Of a stretch of DNA of 64,000 bases, positions 14,008-26,549 are shown one piece after another. The DNA comes from Mytilus edulis (taxonomy: Eukaryota): the NCBI RefSeq assembly GCF_963676685.1, contig NC_092354.1, positions 10,602,001-10,666,000 on the forward strand, written 5' to 3'. The position numbers were made by a program, and so were the translations under genes. How positions within the stretch are numbered: position 1 is the first letter of the stretch; every line of letters starts with the position of its first letter. The notes under the pieces were generated by a model. It ran no database searches. It was given only the letters and a program-made list of their open reading frames with translations, and was not told the origin of the DNA.

Positions 14008-15479
14008 TACACCTGTCTTGAATACGTCTTATAAATATTTCGTAACAATACTCATAAATAGAGAAAAGTCATTAACTAGTAACACTCATTCTTTTCTTAT
14101 ATTTCACTAATTGATTTTAATGTATGAAAACTATAGTATCCGTCCTACATATAATTCATATCTTATTTTCTACTTTGCAGGTTTGACTAACTACCATGAC
14201 GTCAATGACCAGACAACAAAAACGAATCTTTATAATAAAATTAAAACAAAAGTTAATAATTGTATAGGATTGTTTTCTATCAATCCCCTCTCCCTTCGAA
14301 TCTGTGCCAATTGATTTTGTCAGAATAATAGAATGAGGACGTGGATACGAGTAAGAGAACAATGGGATGACGAGAATGCATGTAAGGGGTGAACGGGAGT
14401 ATGCATAGAGGTTAGCGGGGGTCAATAATAAGTCTTAGCGGAATTTCTGGATATTAGGGGTAAAACATAGAGAACAATTGTGTACATAAATCTATGACAT
14501 GCCGTGGTTTGGTTGTTCGAGATTGTTTGCGTTTGTCTTGTCGGTTCCTTTCATAGCTTGCAATATGGTATGCAAGTTTTTCATTGTATCATAAAATTCT
14601 AATGTTCAGTGGTTTTCGTCTGTTTATGTGGTACATCTCGTTTCTCGTTTTAAGATGAATTAGACTTGATTTTCCCGTTTGAATGGTTTTACTTTAGTAA
14701 TTTGTGAGGCCCTTTGTAGCTTGCTGTTCGGTGTGCGCAAAGGCTCTGTGTTGAAGACGGTACCTTGACCATTAATTAGTTACTTTTATAAATTGTGCAT
14801 GTTGTAACTTGGATAGAGAGTTGTCTAATTGGCACTCATACCACATCTTCATATATATAGGTGTGGTGTAGATTGGCTTACATCTACATAATGTATTGTC
14901 TTCTGTGAATATTTACAACATCTGTTATCATACCACATCTTCTGATGTCTATGTTACAAAAATATTACTGGCTAATTTTTGAGACATTTCATGGTACCTT
15001 ACAGTTAAAGATGTAGCTGTAAGGTCATTGTTAACAGCTTTAGTTTAATAAATTTATATTCAAGTGTTAAAAAAAACATAATATGTAAAACTATAGTGAT
15101 GAATATTGTTCAGCACTTTTGAAATACATCGGTGAAAGAACATTATAATACAAAATTTGACATATAACTGGGGTTATTGTTTTCTCAGTGTTAGGAATTG
15201 GAGTGAGTTTCTGTTTATTACCTTAAGATCTCTTTTACTTGTGGATTTCAATTTTGCTGTTTAATGGGATGTTGTGTTGATTGCATATTTGGATTTATTT
15301 GTAAAATAATCCACGCGTATTCAGGTTTTTTTTTAAATGTTTAAACTTGAAATATTGTAAAGAAGTCTATCGTCATTTCGTTAGGTATTAATTTGGTTGC
15401 TGAACTTTGCATCTCATTTTGCTTACACAAATAAATCTTGCACCGCTTTGAATTATTTTATATTTCGGTATCTGAGCAA

Positions 15480-16270
15480 TGGTCACTGCGAAATGCGACG
15501 TGTTTGCACAGAAATGTGTTTCACATAACAATGAACATTATGAAGTGCGTTGTGTGTTCGTTTGTGTATTTCTAACACTTGACTCCTCATGAATCCTTTA
15601 CCACATACATCACATTAATAAGGTTGTTCGCCATTGTGTGTTCGTTTGTGCATTTCTTACACTTGACTCCTCCTGGATCCTTTACCACACACATCACACA
15701 AATGGGGCTACTCTCCAGTGTGTGCTTTCATGTGGTGTAGCACGGCATTATTGCTCTTATTCTTTTTGTCACAAATATCACATACATGAGGTTTATAAAG
15801 AGCATAACCAGTGTGTGTTTCCATATGTTTCGTTAAGTAATCTTTTCTCCTGAATCCGTTACCACAGAAATCACATAAATGTACCTTTATGTTACCCTTG
15901 GCATGTGTTTTTGGAAGGAATTCCGACCTATAACTTCACCACATACATCCAATTTGAGGGAGTTACCTTCAGTGTGTATACTTATTGTGTCTGTAAGTTA
16001 TGACTCTCCCTAATCCTGAACCACACATACCACATGTGTACGGTTTGTCTCTTATATATGTTTTCCTGTGTGTTTTAAAGTCACTATCATGACTAAAATC
16101 GGTACCACATAAACCACATTTATAAGGTTTATCACAAGGATGTGTTTTCATGTGTGTTTTGAAGTCACTTCGTTGACTAAATGTTTTACCACATACATCG
16201 CAGTCACGAGATTCATTATCTGTATGTGTTCTCACATGTCTCTGTAAATGACCAAGGCGACTTAATCCTT
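15480..16270 (-). pseudogene. C2H2 zinc-finger pseudogene, a partial duplicate of the ZNF gene at 21859-23532
   Basis: Colinear with about 22020-22710 (CDKPYKCGLCGTDFSHD, RDKPYTCG). It has small deletions causing frameshifts and an in-frame stop (PY*CDVC), and is 5'-truncated by a repeat at about 16275. Confidence 0.85.
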
Positions 16271-17454
16271 TAAACTTAAAATCAGCCCCACCGCCTTTTT
16301 TCAGGAAAAAATGTCTTGTACAAAGTCAGGAATATGACAGTTTTTTCAAAAGGTCTATTTTTATGTATGTTTGAGTTTGTTTTTGTAGAAGTTCAGTATT
16401 TCTGTTGTGCCATTGTTTCCCTCTGTTTGGGTTTGTGATCCTAACTTGAGTTCGCTAAATCACTTTTACGTCTATTAAACAGTGAAATATTTATGTTACC
16501 TGCAATTACAAAAGAGAGAAAAGAAACAAAAAAAGTCCAATACGAACACTCAAGACATTTGTCTTAGGAAAAACGATAAAATGACAAAACAAAAGTAAAC
16601 AGAACACTACACAGAACACTGAATAGCAACGGCACGCTTCACAGAACACCGAAGAGCAACATGAACCGTAAACCGGAAGTGCAATCGGTGAGCAGTTATA
16701 GGAACTCTAATATCCGAGTTTATGTTAGCTAAAAATTCCATCAAATAATAAATTTTAGACATTCGTACAGCCTTGAAAATGAGCCAAAAAATACCGCAAA
16801 AAATGCAAGAAAAGGAATTGTAAGAAAATAGTGATACCGGACATAAGTCAACGAAACAACTGATCTGAAGGCACTTGACTTTGGACAGACATAATGGTGA
16901 TAATCTTCCCTTAACCTGGAACAGTGGTAGAACACAAGACTTAAATATAGAATTCAGTTGAAAATGACTCAACAGATCGATACAAAGCAAGGCTGTACGG
17001 TAAACTACATTTGTTAATTTCTGTGTCATAAGGCCTCTTGTGAAGAGTTGTGTCATTTGGCAAAACAAGCAACGCAAAACAACCCAGCTGAATCCATGTC
17101 ATTTAAGTTGGAGACTGTTAGATAGTTGTTTACTAGGAAATCATTGGAAATCTCTTTAATTAATCGGAAGATTAAAATCAAGTGCATACGAGAAATGTTG
17201 ACACACATACACACTTGTACATTGTTATGCATTAGGTAAAACCTAAGTCGTTAGTATTTCAATTGAATTTATGTATGGTTTGCATGTCGCGGCCTTTTAT
17301 AGCCGACCATACAGTAGGTTGTTTACTCATTATTGAGTCATATGTTGCATTCGTTTGCTTATATCCTCTTTATTTGAACTTTGGTGGATAGTTTTCTCAT
17401 TCGCAATCAAACCACATCTCCTTGAATGAATTAGGTGATGACAATGCAATAAGA

Positions 17455-17577
17455 AACTCAACATATACCCTTACGATACTTACCATAGAGGAAATCCTTA
17501 ATAATCATAGGTCTGCTCTATGTTCCTTTGAAATTTCAACCAAAGATGGAGAACTTCCATCACTGTATTGTACTTAA
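17455..17577 (+). mobile_element. Penelope-like element fragment (N-terminal RT region)
   Basis: NSTYTLTILTIEEILNNHRSALCSFEISTKDGELPSLY matches the LPSLY(W)xPK region of PLE RTs. Confidence 0.55.
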
Positions 17578-17648
17578 AAACGAAAACGATAAAATTGGCT
17601 TACGAAAGCACAAATGTAAAGTTCATGAATTTATTGTATATTCATATA

Positions 17649-17857
17649 CTGTGGATTCATTTATTTTCGTGGGTACCAATTTTCGTGGTTTGAGGAAAAC
17701 TTACATATTCGTGGATATTTAATTTCGTGGTTTTGACAAAAGCCCACACTCATTCCTTTACAAAATTTGTATTTCGTTGAACATTTGAATTCGTGGTTCT
17801 CCTATACCCACGAAATCCACGAAAATTGGTATCCAACGAATATTAATGGATCCACAG
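17649..17857. mobile_element. Tc1/mariner-type MITE with CTGTGG...CCACAG termini and TA TSD
   Basis: TA|CTGTGGATTCATT ... AATGGATCCACAG|TA; a second copy lies at 45884-46088. Confidence 0.85.
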
Positions 17858-18609
17858 TATTCACATTACACATATATCGAAAATAATCACATAATAAGAA
17901 AACAAAATAAAGAATAGATTAATTATTGGCAACGCTGAATAGTTCAATATTTTGAAAAAAAAATAGAAAAACATAATACATCACAAGTCTATTGAAATGG
18001 AGATTATAAATTTTATTTGAATTAAAGCTTATTCAAATATCAACATTCTCCCTTTCTGAATATTACAACTCTTCACTTTTCTTAATAAAAATATGAAACA
18101 AGAGAAATTATTCTAAATAATCAACATTTGTTTATGTATAATCATTGATAATCAATAATGTTTCAATTAAGAATACTAAAAATTAACATATCAATCAAGG
18201 ACACAAAGTACTATTCGATATGCATACCCTAAATAAGGAAATGGTAGACAATTTCACTTTCAAATATTATCCCGTTGTAAGAAACACACATAGATCAAGC
18301 TGTGAACAATACTGACGTTATCCGAACCCTTTATATTTAAAATGTAAACCACATCTTTTGTAGTATATAGTTTCTCAACAGTTGGCACAATAAAACTAAA
18401 CTTTAAATTCAAACGATTATACAAAATTTAAAAATCATATTTGCATTTGCAAAACTTTAGATAAAAATATTGAATGTTTTTTACATGTACACATCATATG
18501 TTTATCTTTTTTGTATTTTTATAAAACTCTTTTATATAAAACACGCATATTCAAAATCATTACAAATATTTCCAAAATACACCCACCTTAAATCTTCAAA
18601 TATTGTATT

Positions 18610-19070
18610 TCCTATCATGATTTCTTTGATAAGGGGTTGCTGCTCACAGGGAAGCTTTTTTAATCAAGCGTTCCAAGTTGAAATAGTCCCTTCGTAAATT
18701 TTATGAACGCTATTTCGAGTTGGTTGACCGTTATGGAATACTTTAGTAACCCTTTTACATAAGATATCGGATATGTTTCTACGATCCCCTTCCCTTTTCA
18801 TGAATGTGACCTACTGAGTAAGACTATTTACCAGGTTTGTAATAACATGAGCAACACGACGGTTGTCACGTGTGGATCCGCATCTGATTACCCTTCCGGA
18901 GCACGTGAGATCACCCCCGTTTTGGTGGGGTTTGCTTTGCTCATTCTGTGTTGTTTCTTGTTTACTATTATTTGTCTGTTTGTCTTTTTCATTTGAAGCC
19001 ATGACGTTGTCAGTTTATTTTCGATTTGTGAGTTTGACTGTTCCTCTGGTATCTTTCTCCTCTCTTCTAT
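18610..19070 (+). mobile_element. Penelope-like element 3' end with SINE-like tail
   Basis: YHDFFDKGLLLTGKLFNQAFQ...SLRKFYERYFELVDRYGI; homologous to 1-380. Confidence 0.6.
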
Positions 19071-20229
19071 CGTGTTTCTTTCTATACCTATCATCAAATT
19101 TTCAATACGCGAATCAAATAAACAATTTATTACCATGAACGAGCTGTCATTTAGAGAAAATGTGAATAGCTTACTGTAAACCATCTTTTTTTAATCGAGA
19201 TTCTAATGAGGAATACTGACACCACATACGTGTGCAATATACAATGTATGCAGTCTGATAAATATGTCTCAGTGAACACGAAATTGTTTACAATAAAACA
19301 CAAATGTAAGAAAAACTTTATTTGACAAAACTAAAAACAACCAGGTAACGTCCACTTGTTTTCTAGGAGAGGATGTTGAATTATTTTGATTTTGATAAGA
19401 ACTATACAGAATTGATCTTGTCAAAAAAGGTATAAAGATGAATAATCACCAACCCCCGTCCACCTAAAAAACCCCACACAAAATGAATATCATATGTTCG
19501 AATATTTGAATCATTTTTTTTTCAATAGATATGTGCATCTGAGAATATTTCTCTTCAGTTTATCATGTTTGGCGCCCTTTATAGCTTGTTACTCGGTGTG
19601 AGCCAATGCTCTGTGTTGAAGACGGTACTTTAACCTATAATCATGATATTGGTTTACTTTTACAAAGTGTGACTTAAATGGAGACTCAGAGTTGTCTCGT
19701 TGGCACTCATACCACATCTTCCTATATCTATAAGCTTGTTTACTGCATTGCATAATATATCCTCTTTGTTCTCTTATGAGTTGCCCAGAACTTTAACATA
19801 CTTCTGATAAAACATATCTGTGGTGTTCTTAATTTAAATATAGTTTGCCTGAAAAGACCTATACTTAATACATGTTATACGTCTGAGGTTTATATATATA
19901 CTCTTTGTTCTTTACTGACAGGGCTGAGTTTGAGGAAGTGGCACAATTTATAAAGACATTTTACTATATACATTGCATGTACAAAATGTAATATATCAAA
20001 GATTTACATCCAAGTTATGTGTTCTATGATTTTGTATGTGGCTTAGTAACAAAGAGCATGAAGAGTTTTTACTGGATATTCAGTACATCTAACATATTCA
20101 AGGTTTATATCCTCTATGCGTTTAGCTTTTCATGAGCATACATTTAGTATATGCACATGTAGTTCAAACTCCTAACCACATACATTTTACATGAATTCCG
20201 TTTCACTAGATGTATCACAAGACTAAGAA

Positions 20230-21890
20230 TATATTCTTAAGTGAGTCTTTTAATAATGTCTTGGATTTAACTATTTAAACCAAACATCGCATTCCATTGA
20301 TGACATCATGTCATGCATGTATAGCCAGAATGTACATGATGTATTATCAATAGACTCTTTACGATTAGAGTAAACTCTTTATACACTGTAGTAACATAAA
20401 TCACATTACATTACTGATCATTACTAGATGTATCACTGGAGTGATTCTCATATGAGTCTTTGAAGAAATGACTCGGAGTTAACTCTTTTAAACAAACATC
20501 GCATTCCATTAGATGACAATATGTATCGCCAGAATGTATTATCAACATACTTTTCACAATTTGAGTAAATTCTTTATACTAGTAACATAAATCACATTCC
20601 GTTACTAGATGCATCACCGGAGTGATTCTCACATGAGTCTTTCAAGAGATGGCTCGGAGTAAACTCTTTTAAACAAACATCGCATTCCATTAGATGACAA
20701 TATGTATCGCCAGAATGTATTATCAACATACTTTTCACGATTTGAGTAAATTCTTTATACTAGTAACATAAATCACATTCCGTTACTAGATGCATCACCG
20801 GAGTGATTCTCACATGAGTCTTTTAAGAGATGACTCGGAGTTAACTCTTTTAAACAAACATCGCATTCCATTAGAAGACAATATGTATCGCCAGAATGTA
20901 TTATCAATATACTTTTCACGATTTGAGTAAATTCTTTATACTAGTAACATAACTCATATTCCATTACTAGATGCATCACCGGAGTGATTCTCACCTGAGT
21001 CTTTTAAGAGATGACTCGGAGTTAACTCTTCTAAACAAACATCGCATTCCATTAGATGACAATATGTATCGCCAGAATGTATTATCAATATACTTTTCAC
21101 GATTTGAGTAAATTCTTTATACTAGTAACATAACTCATATTCCATTACTAGATGCATCACCGGAGTGATTCTCACATGAGTCTTTTAAGAGATGACTCGG
21201 AGTTAACTCTTTTAAACAAACATCGCATTCCATTAGATGACAATATGTATTGCCAGAATGTATTATCAACATACTTTTCACAATTTGAGTAAATTCTTTA
21301 TACTAGTAACATAAATCACATTCCGTTACTAGATGCATCACCGGAGTGATTCTCACATAAGTCTTTCAAGAGATGGCTCGGAGTAAACTCTTTTAAACAA
21401 ACATCGCATTCCATTAGATGACAATATGTATCGCCAGAATGTATTATCAACATACTTTTCACGATTTGAGTAAATTCTTTATACTAGTAACATAAATCAC
21501 ATTCCGTTACTAGATGCATCACCGGAGTGATTCTCACATGAGTCTTTTAAGAGATGACTCGGAGTTAACTCTTTTAAACAAACATCGCATTCCATTAGAT
21601 GACAATATGTATCGCCAGAAGGTATTATCAATATACTTTTCACGATTTGAGTAAATTCTTTATACTAGTAACATAACTCATATTCCATTACTAGATGCAT
21701 CACCGGAGTGATTCTCACATGAGTCTTTTAAGAGATGACTCGGAGTTAACTCTTTTAAACAAACATCGCATTCCATTAGATGACAATATGTATTGCCAGA
21801 ATGTATTATCAACATACTTTTCACGATTTGAGTAAATTCTTTATACTAGTAACATAAATCACATTCCGTTACTAGATGCAAAACCGGAGT
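20230..21890 (-). repeat. 181-bp tandem satellite (about 8 near-identical copies plus 1 diverged) derived from two degenerate zinc fingers
   Basis: Period of 181 (TTACTAGATGC near 20602, 20783, 20964 ... 21869). The minus strand reads ECDLCY*YKEFTQ...IIHSG...ECDVCLKELTPSHLL. Confidence 0.9.
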
Positions 21891-23532
21891 GAATTTTCAT
21901 ATGAGTCTTTAATGTATAACTCTGTGTAAACATTTTACCACATACATCACATACATATGGCTTTAAACCAGTAATATGTGTTATCTTGTGCCTCTTTAAT
22001 GAATAACACTGACTAAACCTTTTACCACATACATCACACTTAAAAGGTTGTTCCCCTGTGTGTGTTCGTTTGTGTACTTCTAATACTTGACTCTTCCTGA
22101 ATCCTTTACCACACACATCACACAAATGGGGTTTTTCTCCAGTGTGCACTTTCATGTGGTGTATCACGGCATAACTGCTCTCAAACTTTTTGTCACAAAT
22201 ATCACATACATGAGGTTTTTTAACAGCATAACCAGTGTGTGTCCCCATATGTTTCCTTAAGCCATCTTTTCTCCTGAATCCTTTACCACACAAATCACAT
22301 AAATGTACTTTTATATTACCCTTGTGTATTTTCATGTGTATCTGTAAGGAATTCCGACCTATCACTTTATCACAAACATCACATTTGAGGGAGTTACCTT
22401 CAGTGTGTATACTCATGTGTATCTGTAAGCCACGACTCTCACTAAATCCTGAATCACATATACCACATGTGTACGGTTTGTCTCTTACATGTGTTTTCAT
22501 GTGTGTTTTTAAGTCATTATCATGACTAAAATCTGTACCACATAAACCACATTTATAAGGTTTATCACAATTATGCGTTTTCATGTGTGTTTTGAAGTCA
22601 CTATTTTTACTAAATTTTTTACCACATACGTTACAGTCATGAGATTTTTTATCTGTCATGCCTGTGTGTGTTCTCATGTGTCTCTGTAAATTATCAAGGT
22701 TGCTAAAGACTTTACCACATACGTTACCGTTATGCGATAGATTTCCAGTAGGTGTTATTGTGTCGGTCTGTACACTACACTCCTTCTGACTGAACCCATT
22801 ACTATATGGAGAACATTTAAATGGGTTTGTAATCTTATGTGTTCTTCTCATATGTCTCGTCAAGTCCACTCTATGACTAAATTCGTGAGCACAGATACCA
22901 CATTTATAAGGTTTATCACCAGTATGTATTCTCTCATGTATTTGTAATTTATCCATCTGACTAAAACTAACATCACATACATCACATTTATATGATTTAT
23001 CACCAGTATGTATCGTCTCACGTCTTTGTAATTTATCCATCTGACTCAAACTAAAATCACACTTATACTGTTTAGTACATGATAGTTTTTTTATGTGTCT
23101 CTGAAGATGATAATTTCGAGTAAACCCTATACCACAAGTCTCACATTTATAAGGTTTAATACCAATATGATCTCGTATATGTCTATGTAATAAAAAAAAT
23201 GTGCCAAACCCTTTACCACATATACCACATTGAAATGGTTTTTCGCCATCATGTGAACGCATGTGTGACTTTAATAATTTAATTTGATCAAACCCATCAC
23301 CACACACACCACATTTATGAGGTTTGACTTCAGTATCCGACGTCTTCTCAATATTTTCTCCAGTATCTGACGACTGCTCTATATCTTCTCCAGTATCTGA
23401 CGTCTGCTCCATTTCATCTCCAGAATCTGATGTCAGTTCCATAACACCTCTGGTATTTGATGTCTGCTTCATATCATCTCTGGTATCATATGTCTGTTCC
23501 ATATCTTTTCTGGTATCTGACGTCTGTTCCAT
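21859..23532 (-). CDS. Tandem C2H2 zinc-finger protein, 557 aa; about 13 canonical and 4 degenerate fingers, acidic 10-aa N-terminal repeats
   Basis: Intact ORF with CxxC...HxxxH units and TGEKP/TGDKP linkers, and about 7 MEQTSDT repeats. An acceptor (TTTCTTTGATAG) at about 23570 implies an upstream, probably non-coding, exon. Confidence 0.95.
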   Translation of the reverse strand: MEQTSDTRKDMEQTYDTRDDMKQTSNTRGVMELTSDSGDEMEQTSDTGEDIEQSSDTGENIEKTSDTEVKPHKCGVCGDGFDQIKLLKSHMRSHDGEKPFQCGICGKGFGTFFLLHRHIRDHIGIKPYKCETCGIGFTRNYHLQRHIKKLSCTKQYKCDFSLSQMDKLQRRETIHTGDKSYKCDVCDVSFSQMDKLQIHERIHTGDKPYKCGICAHEFSHRVDLTRHMRRTHKITNPFKCSPYSNGFSQKECSVQTDTITPTGNLSHNGNVCGKVFSNLDNLQRHMRTHTGMTDKKSHDCNVCGKKFSKNSDFKTHMKTHNCDKPYKCGLCGTDFSHDNDLKTHMKTHVRDKPYTCGICDSGFSESRGLQIHMSIHTEGNSLKCDVCDKVIGRNSLQIHMKIHKGNIKVHLCDLCGKGFRRKDGLRKHMGTHTGYAVKKPHVCDICDKKFESSYAVIHHMKVHTGEKPHLCDVCGKGFRKSQVLEVHKRTHTGEQPFKCDVCGKRFSQCYSLKRHKITHITGLKPYVCDVCGKMFTQSYTLKTHMKIHSGFASSNGM

Positions 23533-24049
23533 ATCACCTCTGATATCTGACTTCTGGTCAATAATTTATCTATCAAAGAAATATTAAAATACAGATAAAA
23601 TGTTTAACGTAGTGCTGCAAATTAATTTAATTTATAATTTAACGTTGAAAACTGAGATAATGAGATGACTCTTAAATAGTATGTTTTGTTCAACACTTAA
23701 TTCACAGTATAAAAATACTCTATCATACATTTCAATCAAAACTGTATGGCTGTTGTTGTTACCTCCTACTGTATAATTTTTCGTCAGCAGCATCAAAATG
23801 TTTTTTTGTTTGTGATGAAGTCATTCTAAGGGTCATCACTAGTGGTAGATCATTCCTATATGGTGCGCAGAAGTATGCGCATTGTCACATTTATTTCTTG
23901 GTTATTGAAACCTGCTCTATTTGTCATGGTTTAATGACTTCGAATAAATAACATGGTTAAAATGTTTGTAATTAGATCAGTTTAAGATACATATGTTAAG
24001 TCAAAGATATATTTGATATGCAGTTGTATTTAATAGCTTTTTCAAGTCT

Positions 24050-24775
24050 CCTTTCATGGAGAATGAGAAACCACTATATATGGGTCAATGCTATCTATAT
24101 GGCTCTTTCCCCTTCTCATGGTTCTTTGACTTAAATCTTTTGCCTAGTTTACAAGTTACATTTGTGTTGAATTAAGTTAAATAGAACCACTATAGATGGT
24201 TCAATGGTATCTATATGTCTCTTTTCCCTTCCTCATGGTTTCTTTGACTTGAATCGTTTGTTTAGTTTACAAGTTACATTTGTGTTAAGAGAAGTTAAAA
24301 GAAAACCACTATAGATGGGTCAATGGTATCTATATGTCTCTTTTCCCTTCCTCATGGTTTCTTTGACTTGAATCGTTTGTTTAGTTTACAAGTTACATTT
24401 GTGTTAAGAGAAGTTAAAAGAAAACCACTATAGATGGGTCAATGGTATCTATATGTCTCTTTTCCCTTCCTCATGGTTTCTTTGACTTGAATCGTTTGTT
24501 TAGTTTACAAGTTACATTTGTGTTAAGAGAAGTTAAAAGAAAACCACTATAGATGGGTCAATGGTATCTATATGGCTCTTTTCCCTTCCTCGTGGTTTCT
24601 TTGACTTGAATCGTTTGCTTAGTTTACAAGTTACATTTGTGTTAAGAGAAGATAAAAGAAAACCACTATATATAGGTCAATTGTATCTATATGGCTCTTT
24701 TCCCTTCCTCATGGTTTCTTTGACTTGAATCGTTTGCTTAGTTTACAAGTTACATTTGTGTTTAAGAGAAGTTAC
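24050..24775. repeat. 119-bp tandem satellite, about 6 copies
   Basis: AACCACTATAGATGGGTCAATGGTATCTATATG repeated about every 119 bp. Confidence 0.9.
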
Positions 24776-26549
24776 TAGTATAGAATTCATGGCACAAATC
24801 ACATGTTTTAATATTGATCCTGTATCGCTTATCATTTTTGTTTGTTGTCTCTTTTTTTGGCTTCAACCAAAACTTACAAAAATATCAACAAAATCGGTAT
24901 TAAAGACACTCTAATCATTATCAAGGGTCTAAAGCTTCCAAAGATGTTGACAAAATCGAACTTATTTGTATAGATATTGTCTTGCTGAATATTTTTATTT
25001 ATTTACTACATTTATGTCTAGATATCTTATAAATAATTTCCAATATACAACATGTACAATTAACAATTATAAGCCAACCATTTGAGAATATTGTTATTAA
25101 AGAATGAGAAATGAATATTAAAGTTTTCAACTGACTTTACCGGTCATGCAAATCTAATTATTATCAAACCATGTATTGAACTCATTCGTTGGACAACTAT
25201 TAACTATCGGTACTGGCATGAACATACGGATTTATGTTGTGTTATTAAAATTTGCTGTTACAAAATATTAGAAATTATTATAAATTAAGGAATGTATCTC
25301 CCTCGTGCAAAGCTCTGATTCCTTTCACGGATTTGGCTATACTTTTTGGACCTTTTGGATTATAGCTGTTCATCTTTTATATAAGCTTTGGATTTCAAAT
25401 ATTTTGGCCACGAGCATCAGCTGTGAAGATACATGTATTGTCGAAATGCGCATCTGGTGCAAGAAAATTGATACCGTTAATTTTATTAACTTATAACAGT
25501 GAAATATGGTATATATGTTACAGTAAATAGGTGAAATTAGGAATTACACGTAATTACTAAACATTTCAGTAAATACCTGTAATTACTAGCCAATTTAGTA
25601 ATTACATGTATTTACTAGTTGTTTCAGTGATTACTGGTAATTACTATTTTTTTTGTCATTTTTACAGCTATTTACTAACTTGATGTTTTTGTTTCAAAAT
25701 TAAAAACATAATTCAAGATACCAAATAAGAAAGTAAAGGGGTAGGGATTTTAAGGGAGCTTACTTAAGGATGTAGGACTATAAGGCACATCAAAAGTGCA
25801 TACTCTTTAGTGTTTGTGAATTGAAACTGGAAAATGGTTGTTTTATAGGTCTTGAAACTCCGTAAATATATGCATGGAAGACAATGATATCAATCGAAAA
25901 TTGATTTTCATAATTTTGTTAAACTAAAATCTCAATCATGCACTGTGGTTTAAAACTTTAAAATAACTTTCTCCAAATATCCTGAATTTCTACCAAACTT
26001 GGACAGAAGCAAAATGTTAATAATCATACTAAGATAATGTCCGAAAGTAAAGTTTGTAAAAAACTCCTTTTTTCCAAATTACTTATAAACATGATAAATG
26101 GACTACTTTTGTTCCTAGTTAACATTACATACACTCTGCAGTTAAAGTTTTTAAAACATAAGATTTTATAAATCATCCTGGATTTTTACCCAATTTTGAC
26201 AGAACTAGTCAAAAGATAGTATCTATAGAAAAACTTCAATATGTTTTCCTCATTTTTGTTGAGCCTGCGATTAACAACAAAAGAAGACGATACTATTTGT
26301 TCTGCAAAACCCTTACAATTTAAAAAGCTTAATACATCGATAACCCATCATCAGCTAGGGGTTGAATTGAAGGTCATATGAATAAGTATTCAATGAGGTC
26401 CTAATATTCACTCGCAAGTGCAAAACTCATCAACCTTGTTTCTCAGCTAATTTAACAAAATAGAGCCAGATTGGCTGCTAATAGTGGCTTGCTAAAACCA
26501 AGCAAAATGCTTATGTTGGACCTTTTTTTTGTCCCCTAATGCCTAAAAT

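Noticed and set aside
16607-17077. 156-aa minus-strand ORF
   Set aside because: Non-ATG start and no recognisable domain; probably part of an interspersed repeat.
20230-21860. Programmed frameshift or readthrough extending the ZNF protein through the satellite
   Set aside because: Each unit contains stops and several indels, so no continuous frame is possible.
22235-23587. Plus-strand ORFs 22235-22525 and 23324-23587
   Set aside because: Antisense shadows of the repetitive ZNF coding sequence.
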